A DNA stretch of 54,716 nucleotides, taken from IMG/VR virus record IMGVR_UViG_3300032050_000032, one strand, 5' to 3'. This document shows, in pieces, positions 9,961-17,951 of the stretch. Positions within the stretch are counted from its first letter, which is position 1, and every line of letters starts with the position of its first letter. Made by a program: the position numbers and the translations under genes. The notes beneath the pieces are model-generated. The model searched no databases and was not told where the DNA came from. It saw only the letters and a program-made list of their open reading frames with translations. This stretch comes from an uncultured virus (IMG/VR IMGVR_UViG_3300032050_000032) (lineage: Duplodnaviria; Heunggongvirae; Uroviricota; Caudoviricetes).

Positions 9961-10152
9961 CTCACAACAGTTTAAAGGTTAATAATTAAAGAACTATTTT
10001 ATTCAGATTTAGAAACCTATTTCCGAATTGTTTTACAAATCTAATACTTTTATTTTAATCTGTCAAGTATTTTTTTTGTTTTTTTTTATTGTCTTTCTGT
10101 TTATCAAAACAACAGTACAAACATAGTCATTTGATTTTATTTAGACAATAGG

Positions 10153-10899
10153 TTAACCAATAATTTTTTTGATTCTTTGAATTTCTTCATCCATTTGTTC
10201 AATCTCACTAACTTCAAGGTACTTAACTAATTGTTTGTATTCGTCAGAATTTAAAATATCTTTAAATGATTTATATTTCATTTCTTTTTTCGCAATACTA
10301 CCTATCCATTTTTTTAATGTCTCTTGTGGATTAGTAACGCCTCTAGTTTTTAATTCATCTAAAAGTTTATTAAGATTCTCATCACCCTTTTCACCAAAAC
10401 TATTTGCGTCAAATAAAACTTTATCTGCCTTTTCGGTATCATCCTCAACTTTACTTGATTCCCCAACCTTTTTAACTCCCACATGGATGTGATCGTAGTG
10501 ATTCTTAACCCTCCAACCAAATTGGTATCGGTAACCATCAACTGTCACATTTAACCATTTATTACCGGTATAACTTGAATTACTACCGTTATTAAATTCA
10601 CCCATGATACATTTTAACAGTTCGTCACCTTTTTCTCCTCTTGCGGGTATATCAACCGCATATGCCGATAGATTTCCTTCATAATGATCAGATACATTCC
10701 CTGATGCAGTTTTAACTCTAGATCGTTTTTGTGATGATATTACATTTTTCTTACCCGAACATTTTTTGGCAAAACTAGCAATTTCTAATGCTCGTTCCAT
10801 AGAACCGCCCCAATTGTTATTTTTACCACCAAAAACTACTTTACCCGAATCAACAGATCCTTGCTCAAATCCATAGGTGTTTGTCTCATTAATCTCCAT
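10153..10899 (-). CDS. Putative M15-like (DD-peptidase fold) Zn peptidoglycan peptidase
   Basis: S-D-H...A-V-D and H-x-D-H-I-H motifs. Confidence 0.6.
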   Translation of the reverse strand: MEINETNTYGFEQGSVDSGKVVFGGKNNNWGGSMERALEIASFAKKCSGKKNVISSQKRSRVKTASGNVSDHYEGNLSAYAVDIPARGEKGDELLKCIMGEFNNGSNSSYTGNKWLNVTVDGYRYQFGWRVKNHYDHIHVGVKKVGESSKVEDDTEKADKVLFDANSFGEKGDENLNKLLDELKTRGVTNPQETLKKWIGSIAKKEMKYKSFKDILNSDEYKQLVKYLEVSEIEQMDEEIQRIKKIIG

Positions 10900-10915
10900 A
10901 TAAATAAAATGTTAT

Positions 10916-11395
10916 TTATATAAATACTTCGTTGTTATGAAACCATTCGGGAATGTCTCTATTTTTCCATTTAGCGAAATCTTTTTTTGCGCCAACATAG
11001 TAGTTTCTATATGACTCAATTACATCGTCAACTTTATATTCATCAGGCATTGCTTTTGGGGGTGTGGTAAACCCAATATCTTTAATTATTGGTTTATTTG
11101 ATAAACACCACTCAATTATGTCTTGAGATTTATGTCGTTTACCATATCGGTAAGTGTATTCCTTAGACAACTCTAAACCTAAGTCACATAGGTACAGATA
11201 ATTAGATAATGATTCTCTAACCCATATTGCGCAGGGGTGATTTTTGTGAGATAATTTGTACGGTGCCTCTGATTCGTTAATCCAGTGAACACCACACAAA
11301 AGTTGTGCAGTTTCAAGTATCATTTTTACAACATGCTTATCACAATGATATTCAGCACATTTTTTTGTATCAAAATCTAAAAAGAAAATATTCAT
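10916..11395 (-). CDS. Pyrimidine-dimer DNA glycosylase-like (DenV/Pyr_excise family)
   Basis: MNIF.LD....A.YH.DKHVVKMILE.AQLL and HPC..W motifs. Confidence 0.75.
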   Translation of the reverse strand: MNIFFLDFDTKKCAEYHCDKHVVKMILETAQLLCGVHWINESEAPYKLSHKNHPCAIWVRESLSNYLYLCDLGLELSKEYTYRYGKRHKSQDIIEWCLSNKPIIKDIGFTTPPKAMPDEYKVDDVIESYRNYYVGAKKDFAKWKNRDIPEWFHNNEVFI

Positions 11396-11431
11396 ACCGT
11401 AAAGATATGAACTTTATTTGAAGTTACAAAA

Positions 11432-12040
11432 TTATTGTTGTAGATGTGTCATTAAAACTCCACCTAAAGATGTTGCATGAACCTGTAAATGGTTAATTGA
11501 CTCAATATCAAGTTTTGTTTTTCTTTTGGTGTAATCAATACCTAAAGTTCCAATGAATTTATCGTCAATAGTTTTAATTGCAAACAAATAACCTGATTTA
11601 CACCCTGTATCTTCAGCAATGTATTTTAACCCATAAGTTGATATGGTTTCATCCTTAAAATCGGAGATTTCAATCGTATCGTTATTTAAAAGTTGATTAA
11701 TTGATTTTGAAAAAAGATTAACAGGAATATTATGAAAGTTACTTTGTATGGAACTAATACCAGGATTAACAGTTTCGTACATTACGGAAAACTTCGCCAT
11801 TGACTTACCTGTTGGGTAGAAGTTACCTCCGTTGTGAAACTGTGTAACCCATACTCTGTCCGCATTGAATTCTTCTTTTATGTGATCAATTTTGTTTGTA
11901 ACTAACTCCGCAACTCTAAGGGTTTCCTTAACCATATCCGGTTTCTCCTTCTTTTCCAACTTACTCTTTATAAAAAGAATTAAAATTGGTCCTATCACAC
12001 CTGTAATAAATGCGATTATAATCCCTACATAATTTTCCAT
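11432..12040 (-). CDS. Membrane-anchored GAF-like protein, possibly a T4 T-type holin
   Basis: One N-terminal TM followed by ADRV..QFHNGG...IGTLGIDY GAF-like domain; next to a small holin and a lysozyme-like gene. Confidence 0.45.
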   Translation of the reverse strand: MENYVGIIIAFITGVIGPILILFIKSKLEKKEKPDMVKETLRVAELVTNKIDHIKEEFNADRVWVTQFHNGGNFYPTGKSMAKFSVMYETVNPGISSIQSNFHNIPVNLFSKSINQLLNNDTIEISDFKDETISTYGLKYIAEDTGCKSGYLFAIKTIDDKFIGTLGIDYTKRKTKLDIESINHLQVHATSLGGVLMTHLQQ

Positions 12041-12117
12041 ACTAATTAATAAATATTATATTTTTTAAAAAACCCCACCTTAATAGTGGGGTTCATCAAA
12101 AAAAAATTAAATGAAAA

Positions 12118-12285
12118 TTATTTTTTGTCAATAATAGACCAAACGGCACCTGTTAATGTCATAATTCCACCAATGATTTCAGAAACCATTGTATCATCAA
12201 CGAGTCCTTTCATTACAAGAATACCACCGACGAATGTTAATCCGTGACGAATAATCCCCATAATTTGTTCTTTTGTTAACTTCAT
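12118..12285 (-). CDS. Small two-TM holin-like protein (55 aa)
   Basis: Translated by hand: MKLTKEQIMGIIRHGLTFVGGILVMKG...IIGGIMTLTGAVWSIIDKK. Confidence 0.65.
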   Translation of the reverse strand: MKLTKEQIMGIIRHGLTFVGGILVMKGLVDDTMVSEIIGGIMTLTGAVWSIIDKK

Positions 12286-12325
12286 AAAAATTGTTTTTAT
12301 GGTTTATTTTAACATAGGATATATG

Positions 12326-13030
12326 TTAAACTTTTTTAACCAAACTTCTTGAGATTACAGGAGGATTTAATGTTTTACTGTTTAATACGGTTTTTACTAA
12401 ACCACCAGTTCCCCAAGTTTTTAAGTTTGATAAACATTTGTCAGCAATATTTTTTGCCCCAATATCATTTTTTAATCCGTCTAATATACACGGATAATAT
12501 CCATTTTTAATTGTTGATGCGGTTGCACTTATACCATCTTCCTCAGAATCATAATTTCTAACACCTGAAACACATTTCCCTGATTTCTTCTTTAAACAAT
12601 TCCATAAACTAGATCCCTCTTTTTTATGTGTTGTGTTAAATGGGTTATATGTTGCTTGAGCACCTTCCGCTTGTCTCCATGCATAGAAAAATTTCATGTT
12701 TTCTTTTGTTGGTTCAGCACCAATACGATCCAATACTTCTTTATAAAATTCGTCATCAGTTCTATTCCCACCAACGATTTTAACATTATCTGTGTCAGTA
12801 TCCGTAACAGTTTTTGATAATGACTTAAAGAAAGTTTCCACATTATCTGCAATTGTATCCAAGTCAACATTACCATTTAAAAACTCAACAAAACTTTTAA
12901 AGTTTGGACTTTCAGATGACATATCACTAGTAACAAAATCAGTTAATTTAACAGATTCGTTAATTGATAATTTGTGTTTTTGTAAAATATACTTAATCTC
13001 ACCTTCAGTGATTTTAACTCTCCCTTTCAT
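12326..13030 (-). CDS. Lysozyme-like/glucosaminidase-like protein with ITE leader
   Basis: W.QAEG..YNPFNTT and Y.S.E.G..AT..TI.NG.Y..I segments. Confidence 0.5.
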   Translation of the reverse strand: MKGRVKITEGEIKYILQKHKLSINESVKLTDFVTSDMSSESPNFKSFVEFLNGNVDLDTIADNVETFFKSLSKTVTDTDTDNVKIVGGNRTDDEFYKEVLDRIGAEPTKENMKFFYAWRQAEGAQATYNPFNTTHKKEGSSLWNCLKKKSGKCVSGVRNYDSEEDGISATASTIKNGYYPCILDGLKNDIGAKNIADKCLSNLKTWGTGGLVKTVLNSKTLNPPVISRSLVKKV

Positions 13031-13096
13031 AGAATCTTTATTTTATAAATATCCATTAAATAAAAAAACCACCATAGTTGGTGGTTTAATTATGGT

Positions 13097-13843
13097 TTAA
13101 AACCATTTTTCGGACATATCAAGGATGAATCCTCCTTTTCCATCCCAAAGTTTGATTTGGTTTCTTGGAACCCAAAATTCCATTTCACCAATCTCCTCAA
13201 CTTTTTTCAAGTAGTCCTCACGAAACTTATCCGCTTGAGATTTGTCAGTGATATACTCAACACCCATGTGTTTAGCACAAGTCTTACCCATTTTAGTCAA
13301 CATTGAGAACTCGTCAGTAAGAGTTTTTGCACAACACACACAAACATCACCACGCTTTACAGTCATCTTACCTGAGAATTTAACCGCCTTTGCAGTAACA
13401 CCCATTACTTTAGTGATATCCAAAAGGATTGGGTTGAAGTTCAAGTTATATTTTTCTTTCAATCCTTGTCCGATACCTCTACCAACTTTGATAGTATCAC
13501 CTTCAGCCTTGAAGTTCATTTTACGAACAACAGGTTTGTTATTTTCTTTGTCAATTTGTTTCATTGCAGCAGATACTTGTTTATCAGACAATTTACCGAA
13601 TTGAGCCAATTTAGACTTAATATCGTTAACAAAAGAGTTAGATCCTTGGTAGTCAGAGATTACCTTCAAATCACCTGTTAATTCAACAGATTTGATTTCA
13701 CCGATGTTTGAGAAAATTTTCTCAACCGCCATTTGTTGTTTTACGGTTAATGATCCGTAACGAGAGATTGAGTCTTTCATTTTGATGATGAAAGAGTTAG
13801 TTCCTTGGTAGTTTCTTACTTGTGTTGCGATGTCTGTTGTCAT
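13097..13843 (-). CDS. Hypothetical protein (internal repeat, CxxC)
   Basis: Start moved to MTTDIA (13843), below a TATCTTTG promoter; the longer call overlaps a tRNA. Confidence 0.75.
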   Translation of the reverse strand: MTTDIATQVRNYQGTNSFIIKMKDSISRYGSLTVKQQMAVEKIFSNIGEIKSVELTGDLKVISDYQGSNSFVNDIKSKLAQFGKLSDKQVSAAMKQIDKENNKPVVRKMNFKAEGDTIKVGRGIGQGLKEKYNLNFNPILLDITKVMGVTAKAVKFSGKMTVKRGDVCVCCAKTLTDEFSMLTKMGKTCAKHMGVEYITDKSQADKFREDYLKKVEEIGEMEFWVPRNQIKLWDGKGGFILDMSEKWF

Positions 13844-13914
13844 ATCTTTTCCGTTTTGATTTATACAAAGATATGCTTTAGTTTTGAATTGCCAAAACTT
13901 TTTTAAAAAAAATG

Positions 13915-13988
13915 TGGTCCTTGTTGGGATCGAACCAACCACCTATTGATTATGAGTCAATTGCTCTAACCGAATGAGCTAAAGGACC
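13915..13988 (-). tRNA. tRNA-Ile2(CAT) (lysidine type; Met not excluded)
   Basis: Cloverleaf GGTCCTT/AAGGACC-A, loop CTCATAA, ileX-like body. Confidence 0.85.
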
Positions 13989-13993
13989 TTATG

Positions 13994-14094
13994 TAGTCAG
14001 GACAGGATTTGAACCTGTATGATTTAGTTTCTCTATCTGTAATGCACTTAGAATACACAAAACATCTTAGCGTCTACCATTCCGCCACCTGACT
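13994..14094 (-). ncRNA. Non-canonical tRNA-like RNA A (AGTCAGG/CCTGACT family)
   Basis: Leu-like D arm and canonical T arm, expanded centre. Confidence 0.65.
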
Positions 14095-14284
14095 ATTTTT
14101 TCATTTCTTCTAACATTCTATCTAACTCTTCACCATACTTTTTTGACTTCTCTAATCGTTCTTCAGATTGTTTAATTAACTCATGATAATCAACTGAGGG
14201 TTTTGACTTAAATTGGTTTAATAGTCCCACTAAAACTAAACAACCAAGCAAACATCCAATAATCGAAAATAATATTAATTCCAT
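14093..14284 (-). CDS. Small membrane protein
   Basis: 63 aa, N-terminal TM. Confidence 0.65.
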   Translation of the reverse strand: MELILFSIIGCLLGCLVLVGLLNQFKSKPSVDYHELIKQSEERLEKSKKYGEELDRMLEEMKK

Positions 14285-14302
14285 AATTTTTATTTTTTTT
14301 TG

Positions 14303-14398
14303 TAGTCAGGACAGGAGTCGAACCTGTTGCGATACTCAATCGTTAGGCATCCACCTTGGGGTCTCTTAAGTAGATTGTCCCAATTTCGCCGCCTGACT
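14303..14398 (-). ncRNA. Non-canonical tRNA-like RNA B
   Basis: Same acceptor stem and ACAGG-TTCGACT-CCTGT T arm, unrelated centre. Confidence 0.6.
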
Positions 14399-14403
14399 AT
14401 TTT

Positions 14404-14498
14404 GAGGATGAGAAGTCCTCTGTGTTGTGATTCATGCTAGGTTAAATCCAAATCAAGACAATCTCCCACCGCAATTCCTTTCTCAAGGGAACAACACA
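14404..14498 (-). ncRNA. Small structured RNA with a possible loop-loop pseudoknot
   Basis: TGTGTTGT/ACAACACA closing stem; TGAGAA loop complementary to the TTCTCA loop of the 3' hairpin. Confidence 0.45.
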
Positions 14499-14505
14499 AT
14501 ACATA

Positions 14506-14673
14506 TTATTTCAGTACCATATATTTGACACCATCAACGATCTTGGTAATATACTTACCACTATCACCTGACTTTTTGGTTGCCCGTTTAGTACTTCTAC
14601 TTGTCTTCACATTTTTCTCAGTTTCCCCAAACTTCTGCTCAAGGATAACTCTCATTGAATATCTCTCTTTCAT
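14506..14673 (-). CDS. Small basic hypothetical protein (55 aa)
   Basis: Translated by hand: MKERYSMRVILEQKFG...YMVLK. Confidence 0.6.
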   Translation of the reverse strand: MKERYSMRVILEQKFGETEKNVKTSRSTKRATKKSGDSGKYITKIVDGVKYMVLK

Positions 14674-14682
14674 AAGACAAAT

Positions 14683-14886
14683 TTAATCATTTTTTTCTTT
14701 CTTCCAGTATAATTCGTTAAAAATTTGTTTCCATTTGTTCCAAGCCGGAGATAATACCAAAACAAATCCAATGAATCCAATAAACATTGATGTCAATGTT
14801 ACCTCAGACATTAAATAAAAGGTGAAACAAAACAACCCAAAAAACATAACAACCGCAGTTGACAACATAGTGATAAACTCTCTCAT
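14683..14886 (-). CDS. Small two-TM membrane protein
   Basis: 67-aa hydrophobic ORF. Confidence 0.65.
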   Translation of the reverse strand: MREFITMLSTAVVMFFGLFCFTFYLMSEVTLTSMFIGFIGFVLVLSPAWNKWKQIFNELYWKKEKND

Positions 14887-14907
14887 GATATTAATTTAAA
14901 ATTTTAG

Positions 14908-15000
14908 TAGTCAGGAGAGGAATCGAACCTCTCTACAGGGTGCTACCCGACATCCATATCCTTCCATCGGACTCGAACCGACCTTGTATCCAACCTGACT
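14908..15000 (-). ncRNA. Non-canonical tRNA-like RNA C (two T-loop hairpins)
   Basis: AGTCAGG/CCTGACT stem; GTCGG-TTCGAGT-CCGAT and AGAGG-TTCGATT-CCTCT hairpins. Confidence 0.6.
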
Positions 15001-15074
15001 ATAAAAAAGGTTCTGAATCATCCCTCCACTAATCAAGGAGAACCTTTTAATTTCATAGTATTAGTGTTATAGTA

Positions 15075-15452
15075 TCCCACACCGATACGACTAAGATTCG
15101 TTAGCCCATAGTAACCATCCACGGTGGGTCTCTTGTACTTTGGTCCGTCTGTCATCATACCCATCCACCTCACGGCTTCAACACAGATACTCTTTTCACC
15201 ATTTCCTCAGAACATCTTCCCATACCCCCAAAGTTACATGGTGAGTCTCACTCGGAAGCCAGAGTGTGTATTGTAAGATTGTTCAGTGTTCTCACAACTT
15301 GTGGATTACGACACGACTAATTAAAGCCCCTTACCCTCTAAATCCATAATGAGGAATCCTTACCTAACCTGTGTAGCCTCCCCCATAGCCTTGAAGCCTT
15401 CAAGTCAGGTTCACACACCATAACAGACGGATATTTCTGTTAATCGTGGGGT
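15075..15452 (-). ncRNA. Unassigned ~380-nt structured RNA
   Basis: No credible ORF; nested long-range helices 15420-15431 with 15144-15155 (12 bp), 15391-15398 with 15174-15181 (8 bp), 15443-15450 with 15076-15086. Confidence 0.55.
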
Positions 15453-15458
15453 CTTTTG

Positions 15459-15530
15459 TAGTCCCGCCGGGAGTCGAACCCAGATCTGGAGATTAGAAGT
15501 CACCCGTTCTATCCATTGAACTACGGAACC
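15459..15530 (-). tRNA. tRNA-Arg(TCT)
   Basis: Cloverleaf, loop CTTCTAA. Confidence 0.9.
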
Positions 15531-15544
15531 ATATTTAATTTTAG

Positions 15545-15617
15545 CGGAGATTACGGGAGTCGAACCCGCTCCGAACGCCGTGACAGGGCGACATCTTAAC
15601 CATTTGACCTAATCTCC
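15545..15617 (-). tRNA. tRNA-Asp(GTC)
   Basis: Cloverleaf, loop CTGTCAC. Confidence 0.92.
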
Positions 15618-15676
15618 TTAAACACACTTTAAAACCGTAGAGGTACAACTTGTGTGCTGTGTTGTTCTTTTCATTG

Positions 15677-15748
15677 TCACCCATACGGGATTCGAACCCG
15701 TGACTTCACCGTGAAAGGGTGATGGCTTAACCACTTGCCGAATGGGCG
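15677..15748 (-). tRNA. tRNA-Glu(TTC)
   Basis: Cloverleaf, loop CTTTCAC. Confidence 0.92.
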
Positions 15749-15754
15749 AAATTG

Positions 15755-15824
15755 TGGACACTGTGGGAATCGAACCCAAACGATGTGGTTGCAAACCACT
15801 CGACCTGCCGTCGGCATCAGGCCC
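15755..15824 (-). tRNA. tRNA-Ala(TGC), atypical
   Basis: Loop TTTGCAA, G3:U70, bulged acceptor stem, reduced D arm. Confidence 0.7.
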
Positions 15825-15828
15825 AACT

Positions 15829-15905
15829 TGGAGCGGGTGGTGGGACTCAAACCCACAACCCTCGCCTTGGAAGGGCGATGCTCTAATCAATTGAGCTACA
15901 CCCGC
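15829..15905 (-). tRNA. tRNA-Gly(TCC)
   Basis: Cloverleaf with encoded CCA, loop CTTCCAA. Confidence 0.93.
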
Positions 15906-16121
15906 AGTTGTGATGACCTTTGGGGTTAGTCACCACTTTTACATGAATGAGGGGATCAATCCTACTAACATCATGAGTATAAGTTTATCACATTAAACTA
16001 TTACCATAAAACGCCAGTGTTTTACGCCAAAACTGAAAAAACGACTTGACCCCTTGTAACCCCTCTTTTAAGTGCGTGTTACTATCATTTCTCAAGTTGA
16101 ACTCTACTGTATACACTCCCG

Positions 16122-16195
16122 TACCGAAGAAGGGATTTGAACCCATAACCTTGACGATATAAGCGTCCTGCTCTCACCTGTTGAGCTACCTCGGC
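16122..16195 (-). tRNA. tRNA-Ile(TAT)
   Basis: Cloverleaf, anticodon arm GACG-CTTATAT-CGTC. Confidence 0.85.
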
Positions 16196-16341
16196 ATAAA
16201 TTGTCAGTCTTTCCTGACCGTCACCCCTAACCCACAGGTATTACCCGTATCGTAGTAAAGCTTGGTTTGCTTATAAAGATGAACACGGGCTCAGCGTGCC
16301 GTCTTTCAGGAAGAGCCCTTCCATCTATTCATCCTTATTAG

Positions 16342-16414
16342 TTGCGGGAGCCGGACTCGAACCGACGATCTCAGCTTATGAGACTGAGCGGATAACCATC
16401 TTCCACATCCCACT
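16342..16414 (-). tRNA. tRNA-Met(CAT), initiator-like 1:72 mismatch
   Basis: Loop CTCATAA, A1/A72 mismatch, lacks the three G-C anticodon-stem pairs. Confidence 0.8.
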
Positions 16415-16420
16415 ATGTTG

Positions 16421-16512
16421 TAGATAAGAAAGGATTTGAACCTTTAACGCCGTTTTTAACTCGGCATCTCCCCCAAATTGGGGATAGCGTCTACCTATTC
16501 CGCCACTCACCT
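16421..16512 (-). ncRNA. Non-canonical tRNA-like RNA D (Leu-like body, aberrant anticodon arm)
   Basis: AGGTGAG/CTTATCT acceptor, TGGCGGAATAGGTAGACGC D arm, T arm; anticodon loop lacks U33. Confidence 0.6.
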
Positions 16513-16517
16513 ATTTT

Positions 16518-16750
16518 TGTGATTCATAGTTAACACACACTCTCGTTTCACCATCTTATGTTAACAGGTTAATGCACTTTACGAGTTTCCCGTTTCTTAT
16601 GTCACAATATCGTTGATAGTGTTGGGATACCCATCTCGTCCCAATCTTAACTGCTTAATCGTAGTTTTACGAGGCCTCGGCAGGGGGTGATGAATTCCGA
16701 TTCCACTCTGGATTGTCGACATCCGTTGAGTGGGGAAAACCACTATCAAT
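16518..16750 (-). ncRNA. Two tandem structured RNA elements
   Basis: TTGATAGTG/CACTATCAA closes a multi-hairpin domain; TTGTGA/TCACAA closes a second; directly after a promoter and boxA. Confidence 0.45.
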
Positions 16751-16885
16751 ATTTTTATTTCAAAGAACCTTTTCCTTTTCTCACGGGAGTAGGACACTCA
16801 TCTCTAACTTTCCTACCCCCGTTGTTTGTTCTACAAAGATATGTAATCATTTTTAATCTACCAAATCTTTTTTTTGTTTTTTTTG

Positions 16886-16969
16886 TACTCGGAGCGGGAG
16901 TCGAACCCGCACGGGCAAATGCCCACAGGATTTTAAGTCCGGCGTGTCTACCTGTTCCACCATCCGAGC
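16886..16969 (-). tRNA. tRNA-Leu(TAA)
   Basis: Class II cloverleaf, loop CTTAAAA. Confidence 0.93.
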
Positions 16970-17056
16970 AAAAATTTACCAATATGTCAAAGAACCTCTT
17001 CTTGTTTGTTTTACAAAGATATGTATAATTTTTCACATACACAACACCCTGAAAAC

Positions 17057-17086
17057 AAAAATCCCACCTCTTTTGGAGATGGGATT
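17057..17086 (-). terminator. Attenuator terminator of tRNA array 1
   Basis: AATCCCATCTC-CAAAA-GAGGTGGGATT-TTT; its 5' arm is complementary to the leader sequence TGGAGATGG (17116-17124). Confidence 0.8.
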
Positions 17087-17110
17087 CAAATTTTATTATA
17101 TAATAATTTA

Positions 17111-17185
17111 TCACACCATCTCCATACAGAAAGTATCCTCAGCTATCGCCAATCCTCTTAAAGATATGATATGTAAATTTTTCAT
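17111..17185 (-). CDS. Leader peptide 1 (MKNLHIISLRGLAIAEDTFCMEMV), putative tRNA-sensing attenuator
   Basis: 24-codon ORF translated by hand; codons match array-1 tRNAs; last codons carry the antiterminator strand. Confidence 0.75.
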   Translation of the reverse strand: MKNLHIISLRGLAIAEDTFCMEMV

Positions 17186-17245
17186 TTGCGTTTTTATTTG
17201 TTTTGTTATAAATATATGATACTTTTCAAAAGTGTCAAGTTTTAT

Positions 17246-17566
17246 TTAAAAATCTTCACCTTCATCACCAAGAACCTCATAAAGGTAATCCTCATAATTC
17301 AATGAAATATAGTCTGCTAATACCGTGGACAAGTCATCTTGAAAGTCACCCATAATATCTTTGGCCAAAGTCATAGCCTTTTTTCCCATAGTTGCATCAT
17401 CATAATCACCAAGATCGTAAAGAGATTCCCTAACCTCCTTAAACACATCATCCAATGTAATGGATATTCTCATACCATCCATTTTATCTTCTTCGTTATC
17501 TTCTTTAATAACTCGTCTAACAATCCTTGTTAAATCCCCTTCAGTTAATTTAGTTACTCTTTTCAT
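17246..17566 (-). CDS. LTE-leader family protein
   Basis: MKRVTKLTEGDLTRIVRRVIKE. Confidence 0.85.
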   Translation of the reverse strand: MKRVTKLTEGDLTRIVRRVIKEDNEEDKMDGMRISITLDDVFKEVRESLYDLGDYDDATMGKKAMTLAKDIMGDFQDDLSTVLADYISLNYEDYLYEVLGDEGEDF

Positions 17567-17588
17567 ATTTTTTCTTTTATTTATTTAT

Positions 17589-17939
17589 TTATTTTTCAAT
17601 ATCACCCCAAACCTCATCGTATGTTGGGTTTTTTATGTATTCTTCTTCAGATCCAATACTATACTTCAAATCACTAATATAGTTCTCCAATTCCTCAATC
17701 ACCTGATTAATCCTTTCAATTCTCTGTCTTGGACTAATCTTTTTAGATAATCTATATTCTTGAGATAGATATCCTCTTTCACCTGGTTCACTTGTAATAT
17801 TAGATTCATCATAACCAAAGAAAACATCATCTAACTTTTTTCTAAGTTCCAATTCTCTTTTGTGTTCTCTATTTTCTTTAATTGTTCGTTTTACAATTCT
17901 TTGTAAATCTGATTCTGTTAGTCTAATTATTTTTTTCAT
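17589..17939 (-). CDS. LTE-leader family protein
   Basis: MKKIIRLTESDLQRIVKRTIKE. Confidence 0.85.
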   Translation of the reverse strand: MKKIIRLTESDLQRIVKRTIKENREHKRELELRKKLDDVFFGYDESNITSEPGERGYLSQEYRLSKKISPRQRIERINQVIEELENYISDLKYSIGSEEEYIKNPTYDEVWGDIEK

Positions 17940-17951
17940 AAGTTTTGTTTT

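Noticed and set aside
13994..14094. Amber suppressor tRNA implying TAG recoding
   Set aside because: The CUA loop is displaced from canonical geometry, and long genes read intact in code 11 with TAG used as a stop
15075..15452. RNase P RNA
   Set aside because: Right size, but the universal P4 signatures are absent
15618..17219. ORF-track calls overlapping array 1 (15618-15890, 15735-15929, 16597-16797, 16687-17028, 16755-17114, 16944-17219)
   Set aside because: Shadow frames over tRNAs, structured RNAs and the attenuator
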